A DNA stretch of 64,000 nucleotides from Podarcis bocagei (Eukaryota): assembly GCA_964188305.1 (NCBI GenBank), contig OZ076885.1; one strand, given 5' to 3'. The position numbers were made by a program, and so were the translations under genes. This document shows, piece after piece, positions 36,793 to 50,470 of the stretch. Positions within the stretch are counted from its first letter, which is position 1. Every line of letters begins with the position of its first letter. The notes under the pieces are model-generated. The model was not told the DNA's origin and ran no database searches. It saw nothing but the letters and a program-made list of their open reading frames with translations.

Positions 36793-37110
36793 TAATAATA
36801 ATTTTATTATTTATATCCCGCCCATCTGGCAAAGGGTACCCATTTGAGAATTGGCATTAAGTGTGAACACACAGTCACGAAGTACTTAACAGAATTTGCC
36901 TCTATTTGACAATTATTTATAATCAAGGCACACCATTTCAAAGTGGATATTAATCTTGGGGTCAGCAAAAGTAACATGTGGATAGTCCCTAAGAGAGAAA
37001 GAAAATATCAAGCAAGACTCTCCCAAATACAAGAGCTAAGCAGTCGACAAACACCCACGTATAAACTGGAAATTTCCTCACAATACAGAGGACCTGTGGA
37101 AATCCAGTTA

Positions 37111-37239
<129 letters not shown>

Positions 37240-38083
37240 CTAATGGGGAGGGGGAAAACACAAACACTAAATACAGATTATGGTGACATCCATTGATCAA
37301 ACTGGGCTGCTAGTTGGCAACAGAGACATTACGAAGGGGATGTTCATGTCTGAAATGATCCCAGTGCAATTCAGATTTTGGGGGCAAGTTATGCACACCC
37401 ATGACATTCATGCTCCATTCTGATTTTTTAAAAAATAAAATTGTAGTTTCTTGGAGCATAGAATGGAGTTTATTTTTCCATAAGCAGCAATAGCTGGACT
37501 ATCTCTGAGCATTGCTAAGCGGAAGGACCACGTATCTGCCACAAGCCCAGATTCTCCTGTGTGCATGAACCACTCCGGAGAATATCAAATTGGACATTTC
37601 CGCTGTCTGCAACCAAAATAGCACCCATCTTTCCCCCCCTCTTGCACCAAGGGGGAATGGACAGTAGCAAGCCAGGAGAAAGCAGAGAGGAGTATTCAAG
37701 GCCAGACCAGTTCAGCCACAACAGGCGGAGGGAAATCTAGATGTTTCTAGACCAGTATAGTTGTTTCACATTGGCTGCGTTGCTTTGGAAGACCAAGGTT
37801 ACATGGCTCCTGTCCTTCAGACATTCCTAGAATTGCATGGGATGAAGGCACAGGAAATTCCCTCTCTGGAAAAGGTACACACTAGACTAGAGCACAAAGT
37901 CTGCATATTCTATGGGGTTTCCAGCCACGTGTCTCCTGGCATTGAGGACGGGCCACGGCAGGTTTTGGCAAGCTTCCTTCAAAGCCATGCCATCTAAGTC
38001 ACAGGGGCTGGAAACGTTTCGGTTTAAATACTCATACAGTGCCTACGATTTGCAAGGTGCCTTATATGAGCGCTCACAGATCT

Positions 38084-38874
38084 TGTGTTTTTGGGGGACA
38101 GGAGGCGGGCAGGTTTGGAGGATTCCCTGGTCCTGAATGGGGTAACTGTGCCCCTGAAGGACCAGGTGCGCAGCCTGGGAGTCATTTTGGACTCACAGCT
38201 GTCCATGGAGGCGCAGGTCAATTCTGTGTCCAGGGCGGCTGTCTACCAGCTCCATCTGATACGTAGGCTGAGACCCTATCTGCCTGCAGGCTGTCTCGCC
38301 AGAATGGTGCATGCTCTGGTTATCTCCCGCTTGGATTACTGCAATGCGCTCTACATGGGGCTACCTTTGAAGGTGACCCGGAAACTACAACTAATCCAGA
38401 ATGCGGCAGCTAGACTGGTGACTGGGAGCGGCCGCAGAGACCACATAACACCGGTCTTGAAAGACCTATATTGGCTCCCAGTACGTTTCCGAGCACAATT
38501 CAAAGTGTTGGTGCTGACCTTTAAAGCCCTAAACGGCCTTGGTCCAGTATATCTGAAGGAGCGTCTCCCCCTCCATCGTTCTACCCGGACACTGAGGTCC
38601 AGCGCCGAGGGCCTTCTGGCGGTTCCCTCACTGAGAGAAGCCAAGTTACAGGGAACCAGGCAGAGGGCCTTCTCGGTAGTGGCGCCCGCCCTGTGGAACG
38701 CCCTCCCACCAGATGTCAAAGAGAACAACAACTACCAGGCTTTTAGAAGACATCTGAAGGCAGCCCTGTTTCGGGAAGCTTTTAATGTTTGATGTATTAT
38801 AGTATTTTAATAGTCTTTTGGAAGCCGCCCAGAGTGGCTGGGGAAGCCCAGCCAGATGGGCGGGGTATAAATAA

Positions 38875-38917
<43 letters not shown>
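38084..38917 (+). mobile_element. L2 LINE 3' fragment with (ATT)n tail
   Basis: ORF 38085-38792 contains 'LVISRLDYCNALY' and 'LQLIQNAAARL'. Confidence 0.93.
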
Positions 38918-39299
38918 GCCGCTTGGATGCTTGTGCACGCAGCCTAAAGCTCCAAGATATGTCTTTTAGATCGCAGAAGTTGCCATGTGTGACACGGGAG
39001 CACAAACAGGATCTCTTTATGCAAGCGAATGACCCCCGCGAGTTAAGAGGCCTGCAGGAAGTTCTGCTGTATATTACTTTTCTGAAAGTGAGAGAGCCAG
39101 GCATTCAAGTAAATAGGAGGAAAAATTGCAGCTCCTACTTGGCCCTTGATCCCTGTCAACAAAAGCACTGTTCTAAAACAATCCATGGCTTACTTATAAT
39201 CCCCACGGGTATTTGCCGATTATGAAAGAGCAATGACTTGGCCATTTTTGCTTAAAATATTTTCCATTTATCCTATGCTTTTTTGTTTAATGCAAAAAA

Positions 39300-40080
39300 T
39301 TACCTTTACCTACAAAACTGCCTTGCTCTACATGTGCCCACTCAAACGCTTCGATCGGCAGAATCGGCGCCATTACAGGTGTCACATGATACCCATTCCG
39401 GATTTGTAAGACCTCAGTTGTTTAGTGTGGCAGCGCCTGAACTTTGGAACTCCCTGCTTGAGATCAAGCAGGCGCCTTCACTGTACCCTTTCTGGAGCCT
39501 GCTAAAAATATTCCTGTTTAGGCAAGCCTTCCCAGCTGCTTGGGACGCGGGTGGCGCTGTGGGTTAAACCACAGAGCCTAGGACTTGCCGATCAGAAGGT
39601 CGGCGGTTCGAATCCCCGTGACGGGCTGAGCTCCCTTTGCTCAGTCCCTGCTCCTGCCCATGTAGCAGTTCGAAAGCACCTCAAAGTGCAAGTAGATAAA
39701 TAGGTACCGCTCTGGCGGGAAGGTAAACGGCGTTTCCGTGCGCTGCTCTGGTTCGCCAGAAGCGGCTTAGTCATGCTGGCCACATGACCTGGAAGCTGCA
39801 CGCCGGCTCCCTCGGCCAATAAAGCGAGATGAGCACTGTAACACCAGAGTCGGTCACGACTGGACCTAATGGTCAGGGGTCCCTTTACCTTTACCCAGAT
39901 GCTTAGAAAGCTGAGGTAATTTTAATCTGTTTAGCATTTTAACTTTAGTATGTTTTATAGTAGGTTTGTAATTTTTTTGGTGATTTTACTGTTTTATGTT
40001 TTGTAAACCCCTTGAGGATTTTGTTTTACAATCAAGTAGTGTAGCAATTTTATGAAATAAAATATAAATAATATAAAAAC
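39300..40080 (+). mobile_element. Older L2 3' fragment carrying a Sauria SINE (39542-39893)
   Basis: 'FSVAAPELWNSL' motif; SINE flanked by CCCAG(C/A)TGCTT. Confidence 0.75.
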
Positions 40081-41101
40081 AGAGCTTTAGGCTGTACTCC
40101 GCACATTTTTATAAGTTATCATTCACTCAATGTGCATGCAAGTCTTCTTTCTTGTTATTATTATTAATTGAATGTATATACCACCCTATAACCGGAGGTC
40201 TCAGGGCAGTTCACAGAATAAAATCAAAATATAAAACTAAAAAATAAAAATAAAAACCACAACCCAATAACACCCCCCCACAACAACCACATTTTAAAAG
40301 GGTTAGGATGTCAATCAAATTAACCAAAGGCCTGGTTAAAAAGGAACGTTTTTTTCTGGTGCCTAACGGTGTATAATGAAGGCGCCAGGAAAACTTCCCT
40401 GGAGAAGTTTCCTGCTTGTACAACCAGGATTATTCATTCACAATTACATTTCACAATGTTTCATGGAATTACTTTCATCATCACAGGTGACTGGGTGTGC
40501 GCACACACAGAGTTATGCAACAATTCATTATACAGCACAGCTAAACCACTGATCACAGCGACCGATTACTGCCGAGTAAACCGCTGCCATTATAGTAGGA
40601 AACCCAATGGGGCTGGGAGGGCAACAAATTCGACTCTTACCTTTGTAAGGTAGGCTAAATCCTTCACAATCGCACGTCCCTCTCTACACTCCATGCGAGT
40701 AAGCAAGAAGCATTAACAGAATTCGAGGATATATTCTAGCCAGGCAAAAGCACCCCCAGGGAGGGTGCAAAGCAGGTGTGGGCTGGGAAGAGTCCAAGGG
40801 CCAGATACATAGGCTTAGAGGGCCACCTTTGCCCCCAGGACCAGAGTCCCCCCACCCTGGTTTAGCATTATGTGTGAGCCAGACCCTTATGACAAACTTC
40901 ACCTCTGATAGAAGCGATAGTGTGGGGCATTGGGAAAAGATCTTAATGTTTGGGGCAGGCTGATACAGGTGGAGACTCCTGCAAGCATGTGGCCTCTGCA
41001 CAAAAAGTGTACTATTATTACCATCATCATCATTTATATACTGTCCATCATCATCATTGATTGATTGATTGATTGCCCTTTTTCAGAAGATCCTAGGGCG
41101 G

Positions 41102-41344
41102 TAAGGTAAAGGTAAAGGGACCCCTGACCGTTAGGTCCAGTCGTGGCCGACTCTGGGTTGTGGCGCTCATCTCACTTTATTGGCCGAGGGAGCCAGCGTA
41201 CAGCTTCCGGGTCATGTGGCCAGCATGACTAAGCCGCTTCTGGCGAACCAGAGCAGCACACGGAAACGCCGTTTACCTTCCTGCCAGAGTGGTACCTATT
41301 TATCTACTTGCACTTGATGTGCTTTTGAACTGCTAGGTTGGCAG
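41102..41344 (-). mobile_element. Sauria SINE (5' truncated)
   Basis: (AAAGGT)n tail and conserved body. Confidence 0.92.
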
Positions 41345-41779
41345 TTAATATTGTAATAATACAATATTAAAAACACATTACGGAACATCAGTGATATAAA
41401 CAATTTTAAAAACATACTGACAAGAATGCCAATAATACTACAACTCTGCCTTGCCAGGAATCCCAGCAACATATCTTCTCAGGCACCATAATTCCAAGCA
41501 TTTTGCTAGTTTAGGAATGGCATACCTTTCTCCCAGATTGTTCACACACCCTGGAATGTGTGTGCGTGCCGCAATAGAAAAAGGAGGGCTTTAAGGGAAG
41601 TATTGACATCAGTACTCATAATTTAAAGGAGGTCTTTCTGAGTGCAAATTAAACATCTGTATGAACATGACCTCAGTAGGTGAGTTTTACTATAAAATAA
41701 TACTGGGCCCAACTAATACCTGAGTACAAGGAACACATTTGGAAAGCAGTCTCGAATTCAGAAATAAACATACTCTATC

Positions 41780-41940
41780 CAGCACAACAAGAAGGGGAAG
41801 ACAGAGGACGAGATGGTTGGACAGTGTTCTCGAAGCTACCAACATGAGTTTGCTCAAACTGCGGGAGGCAGTGGAAGACAGGTGTGCCTGGTGTGCTCTG
41901 GTCCATGGGGTCACGAAGAGTCGGACACGACTAAACAAAA
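41780..41940 (+). mobile_element. RTE-BovB 3' end
   Basis: 'RRGRQRTRWLDSV' and GGGGTCACGAAGAGTCGGACACGACT terminus. Confidence 0.88.
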
Positions 41941-43555
41941 AATCCAGCATAGTGCAAAGATTAGGGGTAAGGAACCTGGGGGTCTCCAGATATTGTTGAA
42001 CCTCAACACCCATCAGCCACAGTCAGGAAGAGCAATGGCCAGGGATGATGGGAGTTGTAGTCCAACAACATCTGGAAGGCCACAGCTTTATGTCTTGGGA
42101 TTGATATTCGGAGGCCCAGCTGGAAATCAGAGGTGGATTTAGGGGAGCATGACCGGCTCAGCTTCACTGGGTGCAGAGCCTTGAGGGTACCGCAACTATG
42201 ATGTAGACTGGAAAGCAAGCGGCAGGTGCTGAATTTTGGCACTGCACAGGCAGCCACTGAAATTTGAGACCCCAAATCCCTGCTCTGTCATGAAGCTCAC
42301 TGGAGTGATTGTCACTGAGTTAACTGGAGGAAAGGCAGGATAGAAATATAAATAATGCTTGCAGTCTTACACTGTTTGCCATGTGGCGTTTTCAGTTTCT
42401 ACTTACTCTTTGGTTTTGTTTTCCTCACTATAACAGACAGATTACATGTGATTATGAAAAACCGGAATGAAACATTTAAATTGTAAAAGAATGTATTTGC
42501 AGTGCATTGTGCAGCACTGCAAACATCATACAGCAGAAATGCTATTATTATTTGTACCCCACCTATCTGACTGGGTTGCCCACCCCCTTGGGCAGCTTCC
42601 AACATATATAAAAAAAGTAATAAGCAAATCTAATCCCCATTTCAAAATGGTACACACCCTACTTTCTGTGCTACACTTCCTTTAAGCCGAAGAGCAATTT
42701 GAAAGTGGAGATTGTGCAAAACTGGCATAAGATACAGATAAGGTATCGCAGATAAATATAACCGATTATGTAAAAAGAAGAAGCAGCAGCAAACATTGCA
42801 TTGCTAAGCAAAAGGCATTTTCGATTGGAAGAGGCGCCTGGGTGCCTTGGCAAGATCTTAAACACATTATAGTCAAGCAGACTGTTTGGAACACCAACTC
42901 TGTCAAGGGCAGAGTTCAGACAGAAGGCTGCTGAAATGTTCAGATTGTGTAATTTAGCTGTCCAGTAGATTAGTACTGGGATTTCATTGCCTTGATGGGA
43001 ACACAGGCATGCAATCTAAAGTTGTGCCATTGGGGTCAATTAATCTGGAATAATGAACCACCCACTGGTTTTTCTGCTGCCATACTTTCACCACGCAGGG
43101 CGCCACCCTATGCAGAAAACCTGGACTGAACTGAAAAGAGGTGGGGGAGCCGATCCTTTAGCCATACATCTGCAGGGACAAGACACTGTGTACGTTACTA
43201 CAGCATGCTATAAAGGAACCGATCTACATAAAACGATTCCCAGCCGATCAGATGCAAGCCCAGGTTGGCTAGCTGCGTAACAAGGGGGTGGCAACGGCCT
43301 TCCCTTGTCATTTTGATGTCTCCAATTTGCAGAGATGGCAAATGAAGCGCGGACAAAGAGATAAAAAATAAAAAATAAAGATGCGGGGAAGGGGTCATAA
43401 CAAAAAGGAAGACGCATCTATAGGCGTGTGTGGTATCTAGTTTTAGTTGCAGGGTGGTTTGCAACAGAAAATAAAGACCCACCCCATAGTGCATGCCAAT
43501 GAAGAGAGAGAGAGAAGACCCGCAGACAAAAGAAGTTGCGATCCAGCAAACTCAC

Positions 43556-43700
43556 CTCTCTCTCGGCTTAGATGCAAGTCACTGAACGTCTCCGGTGGTC
43601 TTGGAGGCGAAGTCAATGCAGATTTCCCCGCTGAGCTCTGCGCCGGCGTCCCCTCCGCAACCACTGCTCGCTGCTGCCGTTTCCCAGGGCGCTTGCAAGG
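43556..43700 (-). other. IDH1: Probable non-coding first exon of IDH1 (5' end approximate)
   Basis: Donor GAG|gtgagt at 43555 in a CpG island, downstream of a TTTTAAAA box. Confidence 0.6.
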
Positions 43701-44150
43701 GGATGCCCGTGGCTGATTTTAAAAGAAGGGCGGCTGGGGCCACGCCTCCTCCCTCGGCGGCCCTCCGTCGCCTTAGTCCCGCCTGTGCCGCCGTATTCCC
43801 CCATTGAGAGGAGAAGGGAGGATCCCGCCTCGCCAATGCGCGCTTCCCACGCAGCTTGCAAGGAAGCGCGCCCAGAGAAAGGGAAGGGCGGCCTCGGGGG
43901 CGATCTGCCAATGGGGAGGGCAAGGAAGCCAAAATGCAGAGCAGGGAAAAGGAGGAAGTTGACGATCCCCAAGAAAGAGATCTCTCGCTGCTGGGGATCT
44001 GGGAGGAGGAGGAGGAGGGCTTGGATATTTTGCAAAGTGTAACGCATCTCTGAGCCCCCAGGCGCGCAGCGCAACCGCCAGTCTGATCCTGGGCACCAGG
44101 CTGCGCGGTGGCACTGCGCAGTGTTTCCCCAAGTTGGGAACAATCTGAAC
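43560..44150 (-). promoter_or_regulatory. IDH1 CpG-island promoter
   Basis: High CpG density, GC boxes, CCAAT boxes near 43833 and 43908, TATA-like TTTTAAAA at ~43717. Confidence 0.7.
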
Positions 44151-45304
44151 GTGAGGATCCTAGGATCTTAAGGGGCAGTGCTTAGATATGGGCAGAGAAT
44201 GGCACCTGGCTGGTAGGAAGGGGGCAAAGACTTTCAAGGCAATGAAAAACAAGAACGCCCAAGCCCTGGCCTGTCACAGCCAGAGATGTTGCTGTTTCCT
44301 CCGAAAATCCAAGAAAGCCGAGATATTTCAGACCACACCTTGAGAGAAGCATGGTTACAGTTCCTTCCTTGCATGGAAGAATTCATGGCAACTCTAGCGT
44401 ATGAAAATCAAGATTCTTCTCTGCATTTTCCCTTTGGGCTCTGTATGATGGTCACACTAAGCTGGCGGTTGGAGTGTAAAGGATGTATGCAAAATTAGCT
44501 TTTTATACATTTGAGAAGACTATCGTGTACCACCGCTTTTTACCAGTTAAAAAACTGAAGGAGGTACTTCTATTTCCTCACAGCTTGGACAATGATTTTA
44601 TGGGGTAGAGAGCTGAAGGCAAAATAAATGTCTTATCCAAGGCCGTCCACTGACGTTATTTGATGTCTCAGCTCCAAGCCGAACATGTTGTCACTGGGCA
44701 AACAGTCAGTGTCCCACTGTGGGGAGCTGGGTGGGTCAAAAAATTACACAAGTAATTCTGAGAGCTGCATCTGAGCTTGTGGCATTCAAAATCAGACCAC
44801 AATGGCATGTTGCTCAATGTGTACATTGACGCACACACGGCTCTTTTCTGCCTTTCTGTCTCAAATTAACAATATTCATAATTTACATACATTGAGAATG
44901 AGGAACCACCCCATTCATGGAGGAAAAGAAACTTTGCACATGCTCAGGGGCACACAATTCAAGTGGTCAGAATACTTGTGAGTATAATGTGGCAACTCTA
45001 CTTAGGATGTCTCGTATATATTTATGTAGAGAGAGGTTTTTTTTTAAGTGACTGAAATTTGCATCAGCTTGGTTAACTCCCAGTTCTGATCCAGATCTCA
45101 CTGAAATTTGAGGCATGCCATTTCTGACTTCAGATGGATGAAATCGTTCCCCACACCCACAGTATAATCCTTCCTGGTATGGTCAAAGCAAAAAGTCCTA
45201 ACCTGGCATACGATTATCCTCTCCTCCCCACCCCAACCCTCAGCACTGGGCATTTTTGTGTGTACGGGTGAGCTTTCTTTCATCCTCCAAATGTTGCTGA
45301 AATT

Positions 45305-45705
45305 TGTCTATCTCTGGATACAATGAAGGAGTTGCCCTTTAGGGGTGAAGTCAAACTGTTGGAAGGTTGTAGCACCTGCTGGGGCTGTAGAGACTGATAC
45401 GGGAGAGACATGTTTTGTTGCAGCCGGGGCAGATGAAGGCATCTGGTTGTGCTGCTGCAGATGCACCAAGGCGTTTCTTCCCTCTGTGGTCATTCCTCTT
45501 CTGGCCACTGCTATGGATGCCCCACCTGACACTCTGTCTCCAGGCACTGCGGTCATCGGCAAGGGGTTCCCAGTCTTCACACGTTTGCAGAAATCCTTGT
45601 AACGCAGTTGGCTCTGCCAACGGGCCTGGTGCCCCCCCCCCAGTGGACGTCCTTGGGGATCCTGCCATCTTCCGTTCCGTGGCCATGACCAAGCAGGTGT
45701 AGACA
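45305..45705 (-). mobile_element. RTE-clade LINE 3' fragment
   Basis: 'LRYKDFCKR' and 'FICPGCNKTCLSRISLYS' zinc-finger remnants in shifted frames. Confidence 0.75.
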
Positions 45706-46278
45706 TAACAATAATAATATAATAATAATTTATTATTTATATCCCGCCCATCTGGCTGGGTTTCCCCAGCCACTCTGGGCAGCTTCCAACAAAACACTAA
45801 AATACAGTAACCAATTAAACATTAAAAGCTTCCCTAAACAGGGCTGCCTTCAGATGTCTTCAAAAAGTTTGGTAGTTATTTTTCTCTTTGACATCTGGTG
45901 GGAGGGTGTTCCACAGGGCGGGTGCCACTACCGAGAAGGCCCTCTGCCTGGTTTCCTGTAACGGCTTCTTGCAGCGAGGGAACCGCCAGAAGGCCCTCGG
46001 CGCTGGACCTCAGTGTCTGGGCAGAACGATGGAGGAGGAGATGCTCCTTCAGGTATACTGGGCAGAGGCCGTTTAGGGCTTTAAAGGTCAGCACCAACAC
46101 TTTGAATTGTGCTCAGAAACGTACTGGGAGCCAATGTAGGTCTTTCAGGACCGGTGTTATATGGTCTTGGTGGCCACCCCCAGTCACCAGTCCAGCTGCC
46201 ACATTCTTAATTAATTGTAGTTTCCTTCAAAGGTAGCCCCACGTAGAGCGCATGGCAGTAGTCCAAGCGGGAGATAAA
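45706..46278 (-). mobile_element. L2 LINE 3' fragment
   Basis: Reverse complement of the 38330-38890 region. Confidence 0.9.
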
Positions 46279-46355
46279 CTACATCTTATCACAGCAGATG
46301 AAGTGCCTCCAAGGACATGAGTTTGGCATTGCTAAACCCAATGTTCTGTCAATTC

Positions 46356-46783
46356 AGTGTAGGTCTTTCAAGACCGGTGTTATATGGTCTCGGCGGCCGC
46401 CCCCAGTCACCACTAGCTGCCGCATTCTGGATTAGTTGTAGTTTCTGGGTCACCTTCAAAGGTAGCCCCACGTAGAGCGCATTGCAGTAGTCCAAGTGGG
46501 AGATAACCAGAGCATGCACCACTCTGGCGAGACAGTCCGCGGGCAGGTAGGGTCTCAGCCAGTGTACCAGATGGAGCTGGTAAACAGCTGCCCTGGACAC
46601 AGATTTGACCTGTGCCTCCATGGACAGCTGTGAGTCCAAAATGACTCCCAGGCTGCGCACCTGGTCCTTCAGGGGCACAGTTGCCCCATTCAGGACCAGG
46701 GAATCCTCCACACCTGCCCGCCTCCTGTCCCCCAAAAACAGTACTTCTGTCTTGTCAGGATTCAACCTCAGTCTGTTAGCCGC
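46356..46783 (-). mobile_element. L2 LINE internal fragment
   Basis: 'LRLNPDKTEVL' and 'HLDYCNALY'. Confidence 0.9.
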
Positions 46784-47019
46784 TGAGACAGGAGTGCGAA
46801 ATGGGATGGGGGAAACCAAGTGTCGAGATCTCTGCTGTGTTGCAAGGGGCTGGACTGGATGACCCACGGGGTCCCTTCCCACCTATGACCCCCTCCCCCC
46901 GCCACTTGAGAACTCTGTCCCATAGCTGTCACCTTTTCCCTTTTCTTGCGAGGAATCCTATTCGGAATAAGGGAATTTCCCTTTAGAAAAGGCAAACGTT
47001 GACAGCTATGCTCTGTCCA

Positions 47020-47660
47020 TCGAAGCAACTGCACTCGAACCGACGGCCTGCGTGGACGACGACGATCGCGGGGCTCGTTTGCTCGCGCCTGCGCCGCTCG
47101 CCGCATTTTGCGTCGCTTGCGTCGCCTGCGGCGGCGGCCCCCCCTCCTCCTGGCTCCGTCCCTCGGAGGTTGATTGCGTTGCCTGCGGCGGCTCCTCCTC
47201 CTCCTCCTGGCTCCGTTTCTCGGGGGTCGATTGCGTTGCCTGCGCCGACGTCAGCTCCGCCTCCTCCTCCTCCTCTTGCCCGTGGCCGGCCCAGGAGTGG
47301 AGGCCGGAAGTTCATGCAAAGGCGGAAGCGCGTCCAAGTCGAGTCAGGTGCTGCCTTTGCCGGGCAATCCGCGCTCCCTCTGTCGCTGTTATTGTTATTT
47401 TTGTTGTTGTTGTTGTCCTGCTGGCGGTGTTGGTGTCGCTTCCGGAGTGGGAAGCGCAGCCTGCTAAGGGAGGCAGGCGGCAGGGGCTGCCTGGCTGGGA
47501 GACAGGGAAGGAGAGAGCGGCCAGGGCAGGTAAGATGCTCGCCGCCCCCATCCTCATTAAATAGCGTTCATGAGTATTAATAGCATTAATATCCTTCCTA
47601 TTCCCTGCAGCGGGGTCTGGAGGGCGTTTCGTTTCTGAGCCAAGGCGAGGCTGCCAGTTT
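47020..47660 (+). promoter_or_regulatory. PIKFYVE: PIKFYVE CpG-island promoter and non-coding exon 1 (ends 47529)
   Basis: CpG-dense; ETS CCGGAAGT ~47304; CRE-like GACGTCA ~47247; donor CAG|gtaaga at 47530. Confidence 0.75.
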
Positions 47661-49928
47661 GCCCTCCTGCCTGCGTGGAGGCAAGCAAAGAAACCCCACT
47701 TGTCCACCGTTTTCTAAAGTGGGGTTTGTTTGCTTTTAAAGTATGCAGGTGGCTTATTTTGTATGTGTGAATCCTTTTTTTTGGGGGGGGACATTTTGAT
47801 TCTCACAATGTAGCTTTTTTTAGGGGGGGAAAGGTTTGATAGAACACCAAACTAAGGCTAGGAAAGGAAACGAAGGAACCCAACGGCTTGTTTTTACTTG
47901 TTTTATGCAGCCTACATACGCAACTCGGGTTTGTAGGACGTGGTGTTCGAATCCTGGCACCTCTGCCTGGGTCCTCCGGAGGGGAAAGTTGCAGTGTGTG
48001 TGTGTGTGTGTGGTAGTGATGTACCTTGCTGCCTCGTGAAAATGAAGAAGGCAGGAGGCTGCCCGACACTCCTGTGTTAAGGTGAACAGGTGCAAAGGAA
48101 GAGAGGGCTGTGGTAACCTTTGAGTATTGAGTAGTACCTGGAATGTGGGATCCTTCACCCTTGTAATGAGCTGCACCTGGCATTCCCCCTATTAAAGGTG
48201 CAGGAACACACTTTTGTCACGCTTTTTATACAGAAAGTGCTGTGTAAATGACTATCTTGTACCTCTGGTAGTATATAATTTATGGGTGGGGAACTGATGC
48301 TGAGAGATGACTTGTACAGGGTCACCTCGTAGGATGATTGGGAGAGGATCTGAGTCCGGATCCAACACTCGTTAACTTGACCGCAATGACTACAGCACAT
48401 TTTGTGGTGCTTTCCATGGCAAGGGGGCACTCTGTTATAAAACCTGGGGTGGCCAGTATGAGAACTCCACCCTTTAAAGCTGAAAGTAGGGCAGCAATTT
48501 CAGGAAAACTCTTGGTCTGGTTAAAAAAGAAAGAAAAAGAGGTGTTGCTAGTCATATATTGATATGGGTGCCAGCAGAAAGTGGCTGGGCAGTAAGAAAA
48601 AGAGGTGTTGCTACTTTGTACTATTGAGTATTGTCACAAAAAGAGCCCCAAGGTCGGATAATTGTTGGAACCTGTCTTCAAGAGAGTAGCTGGTCTTAAG
48701 ATGCAAGCCTGGAATAGTTTGTGTAGAGAAGTGTAAAATATGCATGCGGTTTTTCTCCTTTGAAAAAATATATCCAAGTGACCCACTAGTAGGACAAACT
48801 GTAGCAGGAAAGGAGGAAATGGCTGTTGCTTGAATCAAAACCTGCTACAATCTTTGCTTTGTTGAGCTTGTAAAAAAATATTCTCATGACTATATTAGAC
48901 AGCATCAATTGCTTGGACTAACGATGAATGGAATCTTTATTTTTAAGGTTGCTGAGAGTGTGATGAAATATTAATTATCACCCTGTTGTGTTTGTGTGTG
49001 AGAGAGAGGTGGAGAGAACATTACTTTGGTATATGTGTTGGAAATCCCCTTCCATTTGGATCAACAGGATTTATCCAGTGAATGTCCTTAAATTTGCTAG
49101 GAATTGTTCTGTGTTACATCTTTATTTTTTGGTGAGTGTTTACCTCTGTGTTAAAGCCTAACATGCCAGCAATGATTAGCAACATGCGGGAATTTATTGG
49201 GAGGTACAGTATAGCGTACCCTTCAGTTTCTAGAGACAGATGTCAGCTGTCTCAAGTTAAGTATGTTGAATAGCTCTAAGCATATAATAATCTAAGCATC
49301 TAATAGATATTCATTAATATCTTGAAGTGGTCTTGAATTAAACTAAGAATTAAATTAAAATCCAGACAAAAATGGAATCCCCATCTCCCCTTGCTTGAGC
49401 AGCGCACATACTTTTTCATTCCTGGTAAAGCAGTTACTGCAGTTTAATTGAATGCTTGAAGCTTGCATTTTTGAACTATTGACCAGAGCAACCATAAATC
49501 TCATTACTCCTTTCAGCTTTGATAAGCTATTGTTGAGAGTAATGAAAAATTAACACTTAACTTTTAACAGGGGTCTCTCTGCAATTTACTTAATTGTCAT
49601 ATAACTTCTTTATGATGACCTGCATTTGCTGAAACTGCCACATCTGCATAACAGCATAACAAAGCACCAGTGGCAGAGATCACAGATAAGAATGCCATTT
49701 TCTACTTTCTGAAATAGTCCCCATTCCCCACCCCCACCCCGTAGTCAAATGTCAACCTACACCTTTCTTTTCCTGGGGTTTAAATGTCAACCTATTCTTG
49801 TTAAGGCAGATTTCTAAACAGTTGGTTTCTGTGCTGGATGCAGAGGAAGGATGAAGCATTCCATCCCTCCTCTGCCAACCCTCTTACTTGCCACATGAAG
49901 TTACTTGTTATCTATGGCTAACAAGCTA

Positions 49929-50470
49929 CTATAGATTCTGGCGCATTAGGCGACTGGGTGTATTAGACGACCCCCAACTTTTCCTGTTAAAATATAGAGT
50001 TTGGGATATACTCGCCGTATAAGACTAACCCCGCCTGCAGCCAACTAGCAGCAGCCCAAGGCGAGTGAGCCCCGATCGGCCAGCCAGCAAAGCGGAGGGC
50101 TGCGCTTACTGGCTGGTAGTTCTGGCAGTTGTGGGGATGCCCAGCTCCTTGGAGCCCCGGCCGAAGCCACGCACCACCTTGCTGCGGGAAGGGGAGGCTG
50201 CCGCGGTTGCTGCTCCTTCGGGATAGCTGCCTCCTATCCGGTGGTCCCCATGGTGGCAGGGCGAGCGAGCGAGAGGGCAAGTGCTTTGAACGGGGGGTGG
50301 GGTGGGAAGAGTTGTCGCCGGTTCTTCTCTCGAGCCCGCAGCTGCTGCCTGGCTGCATCCCGCGCAGCTGCCGCCACCTGCCACAACCATACCCAGGGTA
50401 TAAGGCGACCCCCGACTTTGGAGAAGATTTTCCAGGGTTCAAAAGTTGCCTTATATGCCAGAACATACGG
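49929..50470. mobile_element. Degenerate TcMar-Tc2-type element
   Basis: GTATAAGGCGACCCCC / TTATATGCCAGAACATACGG|TA terminus. Confidence 0.65.

Noticed and set aside
43447-44143. Several overlapping ORFs
   Set aside because: CpG-island artefacts at the IDH1 promoter.
46983-47580. Long Pro/Ala-rich ORFs up to 193 aa
   Set aside because: Stop-poor CpG-island sequence at the PIKFYVE promoter; PIKfyve starts at 55631.
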